Assembly: GCF_000143415.4 (NCBI RefSeq)
Contig: NW_003314268.1
Span: 3,418,559 to 3,482,558 of the forward strand
DNA from: Selaginella moellendorffii
Taxonomy: Eukaryota > Plantae > Lycopodiophyta
Length of the DNA stretch: 64,000 nucleotides
Reading direction: 5' to 3'
Under the pieces are notes generated by a model that saw nothing but the letters and a program-made list of their open reading frames with translations, ran no database searches and was not told the DNA's origin. A program made the position numbers and the translations under genes. Positions 24,656-37,399 of the stretch are shown here, in pieces. Each line of letters starts with the position of its first letter. Positions within the stretch are counted from its first letter, which is position 1.

Positions 24656-25461
24656 TTACCCAAGCATCCCTTTGATCTGTAGGATTTTTTCAGCGGGATT
24701 CAGTCCCTTTGGACAAGCATTAGAGCAATTGCGAATAGTGTGGCATCTTCCAATCTTCATCTCTCCACGGAGGGCCTCCACACGCTCTTTGGTAAAGTCA
24801 TCGCGGCTATCAGCAATCATTCTAATAAACAGTAAACACTTGGAAAAGTTTACTAGGAAAAAGAATGGAATGGTACTTACTTATATGCTTGGAGCAGAAT
24901 TGCTGGACCAGGGAATGTAGGTGTGTTCCACCAGTAGCTAGGGCAAGAAGTATTACAACAAGCACATAGGATACACTCCCACATCCCATCCAGTTTTGCT
25001 CTCTCTTCTTTGGTTTGCAAGAATTCTTTTTGCCCATCTTCTTTTTGCGTTTTGGTCTTCAACCATGGCTCAATGCTCTTGTATTGCTGATAAAAATAAG
25101 TCATGTCCACCACCAGGTCCTTAATCACAAACATATGTGGCAGAGGCAACACCACAGTAGAAGCAATACCATCCTCATCCCTGTCAACTTTTGTTAAGCA
25201 TGCCAGGCAGTTCTTACCATTGATGTTCATGGCGCAAGAGCCACATACACCTTCGCGACAAGAACGCCTAAACGTGATACTCGAATCATGCTTGTTCTTG
25301 ATCTCAAACAAAACATCAAGCATCATAACGCAGTTGCTGATGTCAACCTTGTACTCTTGGAGGTGGGGTGATTTGCCATCTTGGGGATTGTATCTATACA
25401 CTTGAAAGGACCGTAAACCATTGCTGGTCAAGCGCTTGCTTCCTAAAACTCGTGAAAGCAT
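24656..25461 (-). CDS. SDH2: Succinate dehydrogenase iron-sulfur subunit, copy 2 (complete, 1 intron)
   Basis: [19 protein letters not shown] presequence-like start; all three Fe-S Cys clusters present. Confidence 0.96.
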
Positions 25462-25683
25462 CCTTGGTGAAAAGTCAAAACCTAAAAGATGGCCTTATTT
25501 TTATTGAGTTTAAGCTATTTAAGTATTTACGTCGCAACGACAAAATGTAATTTGCACTATTTTATCGTAACTAAGCTCCAACATAATTTAAACATTTTAT
25601 TTTGTGATTTACAAAATAATATTTTGAAAACCACCTTTTTTTCAAGGCATATATATATATATGCCTTGAAAAAAAGGTGGTGT

Positions 25684-26414
25684 TCTGGAACGTACTGATA
25701 CTGGGATACCCCGAGGTGGCTTTGAATCTTTACGCACGAAAGATTCAAAGACGAGGAGACGAGGAGAGACGGCTGTGAGGCGGATTCTTGGACTTTTCTT
25801 GCCGTGCTCAAGGCTTGCGGAAGCTTTGTGGCTCTGGAGACCAGAAACGGGCGATCGATCATTCGCGAGCTTGATGGCATTCGATGGTAAGTCCCGGGCA
25901 TGCTCTTCACAGGGACGTTTATCGGCATGGACATGGTTCTGGCGACTTGCTTGGGGGTGTGGCCGCTGCTCAACGGGTGTTCGACTCATTTTCTACGAGG
26001 AACATTGTCAGCTGGAGCGCACTGATAACAGGCTACAGCCACCTGGGAGATGTGAACCAAGTCCTGGATCATTTCCCGTGACATGGAGCACGGAGGAGTG
26101 CAGCCAAGCTCACTTCCGTCCCCGCGGCTTGCAGTCATGCGGGCCTGGTTGACGTCGCCAGGGACTACTTCAAGTAATGAGCTTGAAATATGGTATTCGT
26201 CCGGGCATCAATCACTACCACTGCTTGGTGGATGTGCTCGGGAGAGCCAACCATTTGGACGAAGCAGTGGCTGTGATAAACGCCATGCCTTTCGAAGCCA
26301 ACGCCATGACTTGGAAGACGCTGCTGGGAGCATGCCGGAAAGTGGAAGAACGTAGAGTTTGGGAGGCTTGCATTCGAGTTGCTGCTAGAGCTCGACGAGA
26401 AAGACGTGGCTGCC
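25684..26414 (+). pseudogene. PPR (PLS-E) gene fragment, inverted relative to the neighbouring DYW-PPR gene
   Basis: Matches the reverse complement of ~28447-29167 (YGIRPGINHYHCLVDVLGRANHLDEAVAVINAMPFEANAMTWKTLLGACRK) with many deletions and frameshifts. Confidence 0.9.
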
Positions 26415-27981
26415 ATACAATGTCACATATACCTGTGTGGCAAACTTTGGCGATTTGACATGTCATATTGATGTTGCCATTCCCATACACCTTAACCATT
26501 GACTCATGTAATGTATGTGTCTTATTGCATATTAGGCAACCAGGCTGCCTGCTACAAATTGATTGCCATAAATATCAACTTTATAGGGGTGAGTTGGGAT
26601 TGTATTTGTATACCTGAAAAGACTATAGCTTCTTTCTTAAAACTAATGTGGTTTTATTTTTATTGAGTTTAAGCCTTAAGCTATTATACTATATCTGGGA
26701 ATATCTCTAGAATCATACCCCAACTACTTCTCACAGAAAGAATATTCTAAGATTCCTTAGTTTCATCAGATTGGATTACTACAGGTCTTGGGACACCCAG
26801 GAGGTGACATAAGGAAAAAGATATTGTGCAATCGTGATTGCTACTGGTTACCAGACGGATGATCCTTGGATGAATGTAACCAGAAATGGCTTAGTTCATC
26901 TGCTCTTTTTATACTTCGCCAGTCAATGTTATATCTGAAGACGTAATGGAGACAGAGTGAATTCTAAACCTAAAAGTGCATACTGAGTTTTTGTCTTATA
27001 CCAATGCCTCTAAGAACATTCCAATTCATGATACATTGGCAAATACTAGGATCATACTTCTGGTGGATTTAGTGTTTCTCCAAACATTTGAACGTCCTAA
27101 GTCCAAGATTAAAATCAAAGAAGCTATTATGATTGAGAATAATTTCTTAAATTCACATGTGCAGCAAGTTATTTGTTATTGTCTTTCTAAGTGTCTTCAT
27201 TTTTCTGATTTAATTACATATGCCATGCGAAGCTCTACATGCCCGCACACAACCATGTGATTACATGGACAATTGAGGAAGTGCAAAATTTGTTGGAGCT
27301 TATCAGCCTCTGAAGAGTTCAGGAGATGTGATTCCAGCTTTGGAGGTTGTCAAGCATTGTTTGGAGTTTAGTAACTTATTTTTGATCATTATAGAAGAGT
27401 AGTCGTGCATTGGACTGGTACCTCTTGTCTGGATTATGTTAGTACTCAATGGTGAAATGAACAGTCGTGATTTGTGACCTTTGACCTGCCACATGAAAAA
27501 AGTTTGAAAAATGGAGGTGGAAGATTTGAGTTTTGCGATTCGAGTCTTCCAGCTGTTACTTCTCCCACCGAGGACCATTTGTCTCGAGCAAATGACTGCA
27601 AGCAATGGGCCTCGAGTCCAGAAGTGATCTCGTCAACTTGCTTGGTAATTGAAAACTCTGCCAAGTCAGAAAATCATGACATGTTGACGCATACCATTTG
27701 GAAGGACGCGTTGCTGAGCTCCACAACGCCTGTCCAAAGAGGTTATTCTTGACCGAACGTGTGACAACAGGAGCTGACACAGGACGCATCCACTCGGCCG
27801 CTTGTCCGCTCCTAAACAAAGCTTCCTTCACTTCGTCACATCTATGAGCAAGATGCCCAACGTCAACCTGAAATCAAAGAGCGATGGAACAGAGGTTCGA
27901 CTTAACTGATCTTGTTCCCAACAGTCCTGTATTAAAACGAGTTGAAAAGCAAGAAAAAAAAGAACCAATGCAGCATACCTG

Positions 27982-30900
27982 TTACCAGTAGTCACCACAG
28001 CAACAGGTCCCATCCTTGAAAACGTGAAACCGGCTTGCATCCCGGCATATAATGGTCCTCTTCTCCAGCATTGAGATAGCTGCTGCGACTTTGTGGCAGC
28101 CATCGCAGAGCAGAGAGTTCTTCACGATACGTATGGCTGTCCCCGGCACCGTATTCAGTAACGCACAACCAATGGCCATTCGCTCGCTGTGACAACAGAG
28201 ACGCTTGTTTCCACCGTCCTCCTCCATTTCCACCGCAAAGTCGCCGAGCTTCTTGAGTATCTCTTGAGACTGCGGATGTCTTGCATCGTTTCCAGCTTCA
28301 AACGAGTGAACCGTGCCAGTATCTTCAGTCCACCAGCTCCGCTCGGCCACCGAGTTCTCGTCTCGAGCACCCGCCTTCATCGTCTCGACATGCTGCTGTT
28401 CTTCCACCATGCCCCGGCTCCCATATATGTTGGCCATCAAGACGTAGGCAGCCACGTCTTTCTCGTCGAGCTCCAGCAGCGACTCGAATGCAAGCCTCCC
28501 AAACTCTACGTTCTTCCACTTCCGGCATGCTCCCAGCAGCGTCTTCCAAGTCATGGCGTTGGCTTCGAAAGGCATGGCGTTTACCACAGCCACTGCTTCG
28601 TCCAAATGGTTGGCTCTCCCGAGCACATCCACCAAGCAGTGGTAGTGATCGATGCCCGGACGAATCCCATACTTGAAGCTCATCGCTTGGAAGTAGTCCC
28701 TGGCGACGTCAACCAGGCCCGCATGGCTGCAAGCCGCGAGCACGGAAGTGAGCGTCACAGCATTTGGCTGCACTCCTTCGTCCTCCATATCACGGAAGTG
28801 ATCCAGGACTTGCTTCACATCTCCCTGGTGGCTGTAGCCTGTTAACAGTGCGCTCCAGCTGACGATGTTCGTCATAGAAAACGAGTCGAACACCCGTTGA
28901 GCAGCTGCCACACCCCCACACTTGGCGTAGAAGTCCACGAAGCAAGTAGCCAGAACCATGTCATCTTCGAGTCCATGCCGATAAACGTCCCTGTGAAGAG
29001 CCTGCCCGGTCTCCAGAGCCACAAGGCTTGCGCAAGCCTTGAGCACCGCAAGAAAAGTCCCAGAGTCCGCCTCACAGCCTTCCTCCTCGTCTCGCATTCG
29101 TGCGAAGAGCTTCAAGGCCACCTCCGGCTGCTCGCTCTCGGCGTATCCCAGTATCAGTACGTTCCAGGACACCACGTCTCGACGGGGCATGCCGTGGAAC
29201 ACTCGCCAAGCGTCATCCAGGCTCCCACACTTGGCGTACATGTTCACCAGCGAGCATCCAACGAACTTGTCAAGCTCGCAGCCAAGCTCGGCAGCCTTGG
29301 AATGGATTTTCATGCCGATGTCCAAGGCCTCCAGCTTCACTGGCCTTCCAAACAGCTGCTTGGCTTCCTCCTTGGCCGCCAGACTGATGCAGGCGTTGAG
29401 CGCACCGATGAAAGTCCGGGAGTTCGGTTTGCAGCCTGGAAACTGCGGCATGGCCTCGAACAGCTCCAAAGCTAGCCTCTCTTCACCACTCTCGGCGTAG
29501 CCATGGATCAAAGAGTTGCACGAGACAACACACCGCCTTGGCATGCTGCTGAATGCTTTGTGTGCCTCCACCAAGCTCCCACACTTGGCGTACATGTCTA
29601 CCAGAGTGCTGGCCAGGAAGAGGTCCGAGTCGCAGCCGTGCTCCACAGCCTGAGAGTGAATGGCAGCTCCCATTTCCAGTGCCTTCACTCGAACCAGCCT
29701 TCCATCAACCGGCGTGGCCTCCTCTTTCCGTGCCAGGCGGCTGCAAGCTTTCAGTGCCGTCAAGAAGCTCCTGCGGTTCGGTCGTCCCATTCGAGAGAAA
29801 ACTTCCAGAGCGAGCTCCTCTTCCCCGTTGTCTACGCATCCGGCCATTAGCGCGTTCCACGACACCACGTCGCGGAGAGGCATGGATTCGAAGACTCTGA
29901 AGGCCTCCACCAGGTTGCCGCACTTCGCGTACATGTTGAGGAGCGAGCATGCAACGTGAGAGTCCAAGTCCCGCCCCGTCTCTACAGCTTTCAAATGGAT
30001 CGCTCTTCCTTTCTCGAGAGCCGCCACCTTGAGAAGCCGGTCATCAACTTGCTGGAACTCTTCCTTGACTGCCAGAGCTGTGCACGCGTTGAGAGCAGCA
30101 GTGAAAATCCCAGCAGCAATAGAACCTCTGAACTGGAGAAGCTTGCATATTTCCAAGGCCAGCTCCTCTTCTCCGTTGTCAGCATAGCCGAGCATCAGCG
30201 CCGTGCAAGAGAATGCGTCGTGATGACGCATCCTGTCGAAAATCATACGAGCGTCCAGCAAGCTCCCACACTTCGCATACATGTTGATGAGCGAGCTCGT
30301 CAAGAACACGTTGGAATCGCAGCCAGCCTTCAAAGCTTGATAGTGCACGGAGAGCCCCCGTTCCAGAGACCCGATCTTCACCATCTTTCCTCCATCAACC
30401 TGTCGCCCCTCTTCTTTCCTCGCTAAACCAGTGCAAGCGTTCGAAGCAGCGAGAAAAGTCCGAGCGTTCGCTGAACAACTGCCTTGAGTTTGCATCTGTG
30501 AGAAGAGCTCCAGCGCCACCTCTTCTTCCCCATTCTCTGCGAAGCCTTGTATCAATGCGGTCCATGACACGACGTCGTGGTGTCGGAGCCTGTCAAAGAC
30601 CAGTCGAGCGTCCAGCATGCTGCCACACTTCGCGTACACATCGATCAGAGTGCTGGCGGCAAATCTGTCCAAGTCGAACCCGTTCCTCAGACCATCAGCA
30701 TGAGCAGCCATGGCTTTCTCCAAAGAGTTTACTTTCACCAAGATCCCACCGAAATCCCTGCATTCTTCCTTGCTTGCCAGACTTGCACACTCCTTGAAAG
30801 AGGTGAGAAGAGATCGAGAGTCCAAGTATGTAAGCACATCCAGTGCCGCCTCGTCTTTGGCATTCGCGGAGTAGCTGCCAGAAAAATCTTTCAAAAACAC

Positions 30901-31178
30901 TTCGAGCTTGACGAGCGAAACTTACGTGTTTGTCTTGCAAACTTGGTTTTCGCAAGTGCCTGTCCCTGGAGATTGCGAGACCTCTTCGATGCCATAGCTG
31001 CCAAGAGAAGAATGGCTTTAGACTTGACCAGAAGATCAGCTAGAACGAAGGAAAAACTCACGCATTCGTCGCGCAGGAGTGATTTTCGCGATTTCTTGTC
31101 CCTGGAAGTAGCGAAAATCGCATCAAGACACTGCAGTGTGCTGGCCGATTCCCGGAACAAGCACGCATCGTTGTCCAT
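27982..31178 (-). CDS. PLS-class PPR protein with E and DYW domains (organellar C-to-U editing factor); 5' exon structure uncertain
   Basis: 972-aa ORF with repeated MYAKCGS...VVSW motifs, HSE...CDGCH...FHVFKDGTCCCGDYW; short upstream exons with GT-AG introns. Confidence 0.93.
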
Positions 31179-31431
31179 GCTGCTAGTCCAACAAAATTTC
31201 AGCAGCTGGAACACAAAACCCCGTGAGCAAATGCTCCAGGAGCATAGAATCCCACCTTAACCTCGTCCCAAAATCTCCTGGATCATCCAATCGAGCTGGA
31301 AATACCGCGAGCGAATCCCCGCGACGCGATCAATCCCCAGGAAGATTCAGGAGCAATGTGGCATCACGGCGCTCCCTGAACGAAATATCGAGCAAAGCAA
31401 ACCCTAAAGAACCTAGAAGAGAAGAGATTTC

Positions 31432-32194
31432 ATGACCGCTATTGATCAGCCTCCATGCTCGTCGCGCACCGTGGACGCGTTCCTCCGGATGGGAATGGTG
31501 ATCTCCTCCTTCTCGCCTTGCCCCTCCTCCTCCTCTCATGGTAATCGCGCTTTCTTCTCCAGGCCGGCTTCTCGTGGGGATTGTTCGTGGGATCATACGA
31601 CGCTGGCAAGAAAGGTATTGGCAGGAATCTCTCCATCTCCATCTCCATCTCCATCTCCATCGATCATCCTTCTCTTCGTTTGGCAGGACTGTCCGGATTG
31701 GCGAACGCGTCCTATGTGGTACTTCAAAAAAAAAATTCCATCCTACATTGTTCTGCCATGACTTTCTTTCTTCTTCGACACCATCTTCTTTGCTCGATCG
31801 CAGGCCAAAGCCATCGCCAACAACAGCGTGAAATGGGGTGAGCAAATCCATCTCACCATTTCTTCTCGAGTGATTTGGAAGAACGTTTCTATGTGTTCTT
31901 CCAGGACTTTGCGGAGGACTCTACGTGAGTCTCAACTGTGGCTTTGAGGTCCTGAGAACGAAGAGAGATTGGGTACGTAGTTGTAGTTCTTCCCAAAACC
32001 ATGGATCTTATGAAAAAATCGTCTTTTTTTTCCTTTCCCAGATAAATGGTACACTCGCTGGAGCACTGACAGGAGCAGCGGTGGGATCCAAAAAGATTGG
32101 AATTATCAAGACTGCTCTCGCGGCATCGGTGATCTGTTCTACTCTCGAGATGATGAAACCAGCTGAGTATCCTCCCACAAGAATCATCAAGTAG
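31432..32194 (+). CDS. OEP16-4: Outer envelope pore protein 16-4-like (Tim17/PRAT family), ~6 exons
   Basis: Spliced: MTAIDQPPCSSRTVDAFLRMGM/AGFSWGLFVGSYDAGKK/GLSGLANASYV/AKAIANNSVKW/GLCGGLYVSLNCGFEVLRTKRDW/INGTLAGALTGAAVG. Confidence 0.8.
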
Positions 32195-32225
32195 GAGATC
32201 TTCTCTTTTTTCTCGCGATCCAGCC

Positions 32226-32634
32226 TCACAATTTGGGCTGCCTGCTACTTTCCTTCTGATAGAGCTCCGATCTGCCAAAAAAAGAGAGCTTTTTTGCAAT
32301 GTTCTACGGTGGAAAAGAAGGGAAGAACACTGCTCACTTACATCACATAGCCTCCGTGCACGAAAGCCATCCCGAGCGCCACCGCAAACACTCGATCCCT
32401 CACCTCGGGATTCTTTCGGAACGCGAGCCTTACTGCGAAAAGAGATGAGAAATCCCTGGCGAGGAAGAAATCGCTTACTGAGCGGCAGGATTGGAGCGTA
32501 TATCAGTGGAACGATGTACTTGAATTCCGGCTGCCGCCCCTGCTGCTGCCGGATGCTGCTAGTGCTGCTGCGTGCTCACAAAGTCACTCTCGGCCAAGGA
32601 TGCGTTCTAGATTTGCTCACCTCGCAGTCGCCAT
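32226..32634 (-). CDS. Small conserved plant membrane protein of unknown function (4 exons; not in the ORF track)
   Basis: Spliced: MATA...QPEFKYIVPLIYAPILPLIRLAFRKNPEVRDRVFAVALGMAFVHGGYVISELYQKESSRQPKL*; the PLIYAPxLPLIR motif is recalled from conserved plant proteins; canonical introns. Confidence 0.75.
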
Positions 32635-33044
32635 TGCGAGAAAAAGAAGGTACTTTCTTTTAGGGTTCTAGCACTCAAAGATTTAGGGTTCTAGCACTCA
32701 AGATTTGGGGTTTAGGGGTTTGGTTTTGGCTCAGACTCATGATTCTTTCCATTTCAGAGGCGACCAAGCCTCATCTTCGGGAAAATTTGGTCATCACAGC
32801 CACCGCGGACTCGAGATTCTCAAGCATTCTACTAAATTTCGACAAATTCCTGACAAAAAAGCCCTCTCAATCCCTCTTCTAGCTGTAGTAACTTTTGATC
32901 GATCGATCGACTGATCCCGCCCCGCCCATATAATGATCGCAAGAACTGTGAGAAAGAAAGAAACAGGCCACAGAGATCAAAACTCCCAGCTTGGAAGAAA
33001 GACACTTACCGAGTGATAGATAGTCTTGTTCTTCCAGTGCTGCT

Positions 33045-33638
33045 CTAGAGTGGAAGATATCTCTTTGCCGCTTGCTTTCCCACGACCATCCCCCCCGCCG
33101 CCATGGCTCCCAGAGCGCCAGCGATGGCGGCGGTCCTAGGCCCGGCGGCGGCCTTGTAGAAGGCGCCAGTGGCGAGCCCCGCCGCCACGGAATTGAGGAG
33201 ATCATCGCTCTTGCGGAGGTACCAGGCGCCGCTCTCCATTCCCGCGTACATTAGTCCCACGATCCCAATCTTGTTGCCCAGCATCCTCCCCGTGTGGCCC
33301 GACGAGTTGAGCAGCCGATTGACGCGCAGCTTGGCGGTGTCACCGCTCTCGATCTGCCGGACGCCGTCCACCAGGCCCTTGGCGCCGCCCGCCACCGCGC
33401 CGCCCAGATAACCACAGCCCGTGTAATACTGGATGTTCTCGCCCAGGGATCGCCGCTGGAACGTCGCCTCCTCCGAGAAGAGGAACTCCGGGGTGGTGGG
33501 GAGCTTGTACATGTGTTGATCCATGGTGCCAAAGAGCTCGCTGTAGGGGCTGTAGTAGAGCTGCCCATCGGCGTCGGCTTTGAAGCCCTTTCTCTCCGGG
33601 AATGCGGGGGAGGAGGAGGAGGAAGAGGTGGACGCCAT
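33045..33638 (-). CDS. TIM23: Mitochondrial import inner membrane translocase TIM23 (intronless)
   Basis: YKLPTTPEFLFSEEA...RRSLGENIQYYTGCGYLGGA...KLRVNRLLNSSGHTGR; start MASTSS at 33638. Confidence 0.93.
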   Translation of the reverse strand: MASTSSSSSSPAFPERKGFKADADGQLYYSPYSELFGTMDQHMYKLPTTPEFLFSEEATFQRRSLGENIQYYTGCGYLGGAVAGGAKGLVDGVRQIESGDTAKLRVNRLLNSSGHTGRMLGNKIGIVGLMYAGMESGAWYLRKSDDLLNSVAAGLATGAFYKAAAGPRTAAIAGALGAMAAGGMVVGKQAAKRYLPL

Positions 33639-34061
33639 AGCCAAGCACCAAGAACCGCAGCGCCCTCCTTTCTCTCTGCCCAACTGTTGCCCTAACCCTA
33701 GGGGTTTGGCTAAAACCTCGCTAGCGGCTTTCTGCCATCGAGCCGTCCACGTGGACGGAGATCCAGTCCAAGAGAAAAAAAAAAAGATTTTCAAACGAAA
33801 GGTAATAAAGGTAATATCACTTTGCAATAAAATTTGATATTTGTCCTTGGTTTGCAAGCATCTCAAACAAAATAGTTTCTTGTGGCTCGACTGCAAGCAA
33901 GAGGGAGAACCCATCTTCTTTATAGGTTCTTATCACTGATTTTCTGTGGAGAATGTTTAATCAGTCATGAAAGAAACGATCATGTAAGTAAAGGCAGTTT
34001 GATAGATCCAAATAAAAACAAGGTGCTGGCAGCAGCAGATTGATTTATTAAAACATTGGAG

Positions 34062-34236
<175 letters not shown>

Positions 34237-35639
34237 CCAAAATAACCCATTTGGTTAGCCCTTCAAGAACATTTCTTTTGAAAAATTTAGTGATTCTATG
34301 ACACCTCTTAAAAGGTAGAAATGCTGTCAAAATCAATGCATTTTTGTTTTCTTCACTAACAAAACAAAAATAGCAATATAATAAACTACAAATTAAGTCT
34401 CTTTTTGAGCTCAGCCGAGCAAATTTCTGTCCTCCACCTGGAGCTCTAGAACTTTGAGAGCTTGAACATGCCTGTCTAGACAAGATCCAAGTTGCAAAAG
34501 TTTACTATGGCATGCCACTGACCATGGGAGTGATCTGCATGGTAGAGGTATCAACAAGCGGCTTGAAGATCTAGCGCTGCCCCATGAAGCTCTCATCTTT
34601 GACCATCTTGCGAATACTTCATCCCGGGCACAAAGAACATGGTAGCGGTTCCTGGAGGCAGCTGCTTCCTTCCAAGGAAGACTACCACCATTCAGCAGCA
34701 TCAAGCAGCAGTACAGTAGTCCCTGTATGTGCAGTCTGGCGACAGGCTCCAATCTTTTATCAGCGGGAGCAAGACTGTGACGAGAGCATCCGGCACAGCT
34801 TCCGTGAGGGGATCCAGCCCTAGGTAGAACACATACCCCCGTCCCCGCCCCCTCCCTCCCCCCCCCTTTATTTAGGGTGGGCCCCATTTGCTTCTTTGGA
34901 TATGCATGCCACCTCATTGCTTACATGCACAAGATTGTTCTAGTATATTATTTTCAGCTATTTTTAAGTATTTAAAAGTACAAAATCAAATATATTATTT
35001 ATTCTACTATAACAGCATTATCTTGATTGTATAGCTGAATATAACTGCATAGAATATTAAACATAGCTTTCTTTCTTTCAATATATATTTTTTGTCAAAT
35101 ATATTCTTGAAAGTAAGAGCTGTATAATCCTTTTGTTGTACCATAGCAAGGAAGGGATCTTTTCATTGCATTCCATGTTGATTCAATACGATTTGTATGA
35201 ACTCCAGTCATGGGATCAACAAAATTCTAGGAGTGGTTGACTGTATAATGAGTGAAGTTCAATTGATTCAACCACTCTAAATCATAACCAGCCCAACAAT
35301 CACTATATATAATTGTTCCTAAAAAATTAATTATAATTATTAGTTAAGAATAATAATAGAAATAGAACTACACATATGTATATAATATATCAGTTAAAGT
35401 TTGTGCAGTACAACATTAGAACCATAAACATTTGATTTAAATCATGTTCAATTCCTCCAAAGACCCATTGACCTTCTATTTTTCTACCATAATTATATTT
35501 CTGCTTACCAAACTTACTTTCATCAATTTCCACAATTCTTCCTGGACCACTAATTTTTTACTACCTCATTGTAATGTGATAACACAAATATCATGACAAA
35601 AGTTGTACCAATTTGTTGTCATACGCTCACTTTAATACC

Positions 35640-36621
35640 CATGCCTCAACCAGGTAGTACTTCAGCAATGGCTGGCCGTCCACTTGTTCAATTGCCAGCT
35701 GGTTGTCCTTGATCAGGGACTGTCGCGGGAAGATAACACCCTTGGGATGTCAAACACCGAGTACCTCAAGTCTGGTAAAGGTAAAGCCCCTAACAGTGCT
35801 CTTGAAATCCGGATCTGGATTGTAACACAGTAGGAGTTTCCAAGATTCGTATCTCTACTGGAAATACTGATTTGCCAGGCGCACCAGCTCTCCTCATAGC
35901 TTGTGACCCACGCTCTTATTTGACTTGCCTTCTGCAGGCATTCTTGGAGAAGCATTCACAAAATTGTGGCCATCAGGGAACTGCTGATTGCTTGTGCGGG
36001 CCATTTCCGCAATGGAGTAAGTCACCTGCTTCTGCATGCCCAACCTGTCGTAGACAACCTTCATAGCCTCCGGCACCAGGCGCATGAAAGCCTCGCATTG
36101 TTCCTTAACTGTATCCCAGTCCTCATCAACCACGCACACCTCCAGCCCGAGGTTTTCGATAGCCTGAAGGATATTCATCTCCGGGTTGGGGTCCATGACA
36201 AATCGACCCCAGAAACCTTTGAGAGGACCTGCAATATCCAACTCACAGCTGTTCCACCTTACTAGGTTCGAAGTCTCTCTCCTAAGAGCATAGTCGCTTC
36301 CTTGAAATAGAGCGCGTTCAAACCAAGAGGAAATTATATCATTAACTCCCAAGGCACAAGCTTACCAAGAGTGCGATTCAACGATTCCAGCAATTTCACG
36401 CAGGCACGCAGCTCATCTTCCAAAGCCTCCCGTTTCCACTTTCGTCTGTAGGAAAGCATGAGCCTGAAGAAACCCACCAGTTCTGTATCTCTCTCTATCT
36501 CGGCCACCTCACTTAAATCCTCCTCGCCTGCAGTCTTCATTTCTTCCCAGATCTCACTTAGTTCCTCAGTGGGAAAGTGGTGGTGAACAGACAGCAGCTT
36601 GGATAGCCACCCCCTTGGCAA
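35640..36621 (-). pseudogene. Coding-like sequence of unknown family with frameshift and stops
   Basis: Consecutive protein-like ORFs 36334-36621 and 35894-36352; the frame continues past stop codons; GC-richer island in AT-rich flanks. Confidence 0.4.
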
Positions 36622-37399
36622 TAAAACACAGTCAGTCTTCCGCAGTTTCTAAAACCGCATGTCCAATGATCCAACCGTCAGTCATAATTTTTAATAGAAG
36701 TTAGAATCCGAGTTGGATGCAATTAATAATGTCCATGCCATCACGCAATTGCAAAACAATGATCCAGCTACAATGGCTCAAGATAAATCCAATGATAGCT
36801 AAGATAAAAAACTTGTGTATTAATTTTAATGAGTATATCTATTTTCTTGTGAATGCTTACAAGATAAGTTGATAAGAGTCTGAATATTTTTGGTGAGTTT
36901 GCATTTGTAACAATAATTTTCTGTTTAAATTTATTTTGTCAATGTATGCATTATTTTTCCTGCCTTTATTTTTGTTATTTGTATTTGCTTACATTTGCGA
37001 TGTATATTTAAGGAAGACAAGCATTAATACTTAATTCCAAGGCTTTCTCTCCAATCATAGAAAGTAACACAAGTGCTTTGATTTCATAAACACTACAACC
37101 AAAGGTACCATAAAGGGAGCACATCAAGACCAATTTCAAGCAATAAACCCATAGTTGCATCCAAAACATTGATGTAGTTTCCATTCAGTTAAAAAATGAA
37201 GTACTTGACTTTTGAGATGTAGGGGCTACATTCAAGAAGTTAAAGCCTTCAAATAAAGATATGCTTTAAGCTTTTTAAAAACAAATAGCTCTACATATAG
37301 CTCTAACATCCTCATGTCAAGACACAATAGCCTCAAGTATTAATCTAGCAATCTCAAGTACAAGAAGAAAGCTTTGTGTGACCTTTCTCAGTCTTGGTC

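Larger units (their letters stand above)
19612..25413. repeat. Right arm of large inverted duplication
   Basis: Reverse complement of 1-5796. Confidence 0.97.

Noticed and set aside
28189-31260. Long plus-strand ORFs overlapping the PPR gene (similar cases opposite NEK, NIS and SUD1)
   Set aside because: Antisense shadows of GC-rich coding sequence with no domain motifs.
34835-34866. C-rich run with G-quadruplex potential
   Set aside because: Isolated low-complexity tract with no supporting context.
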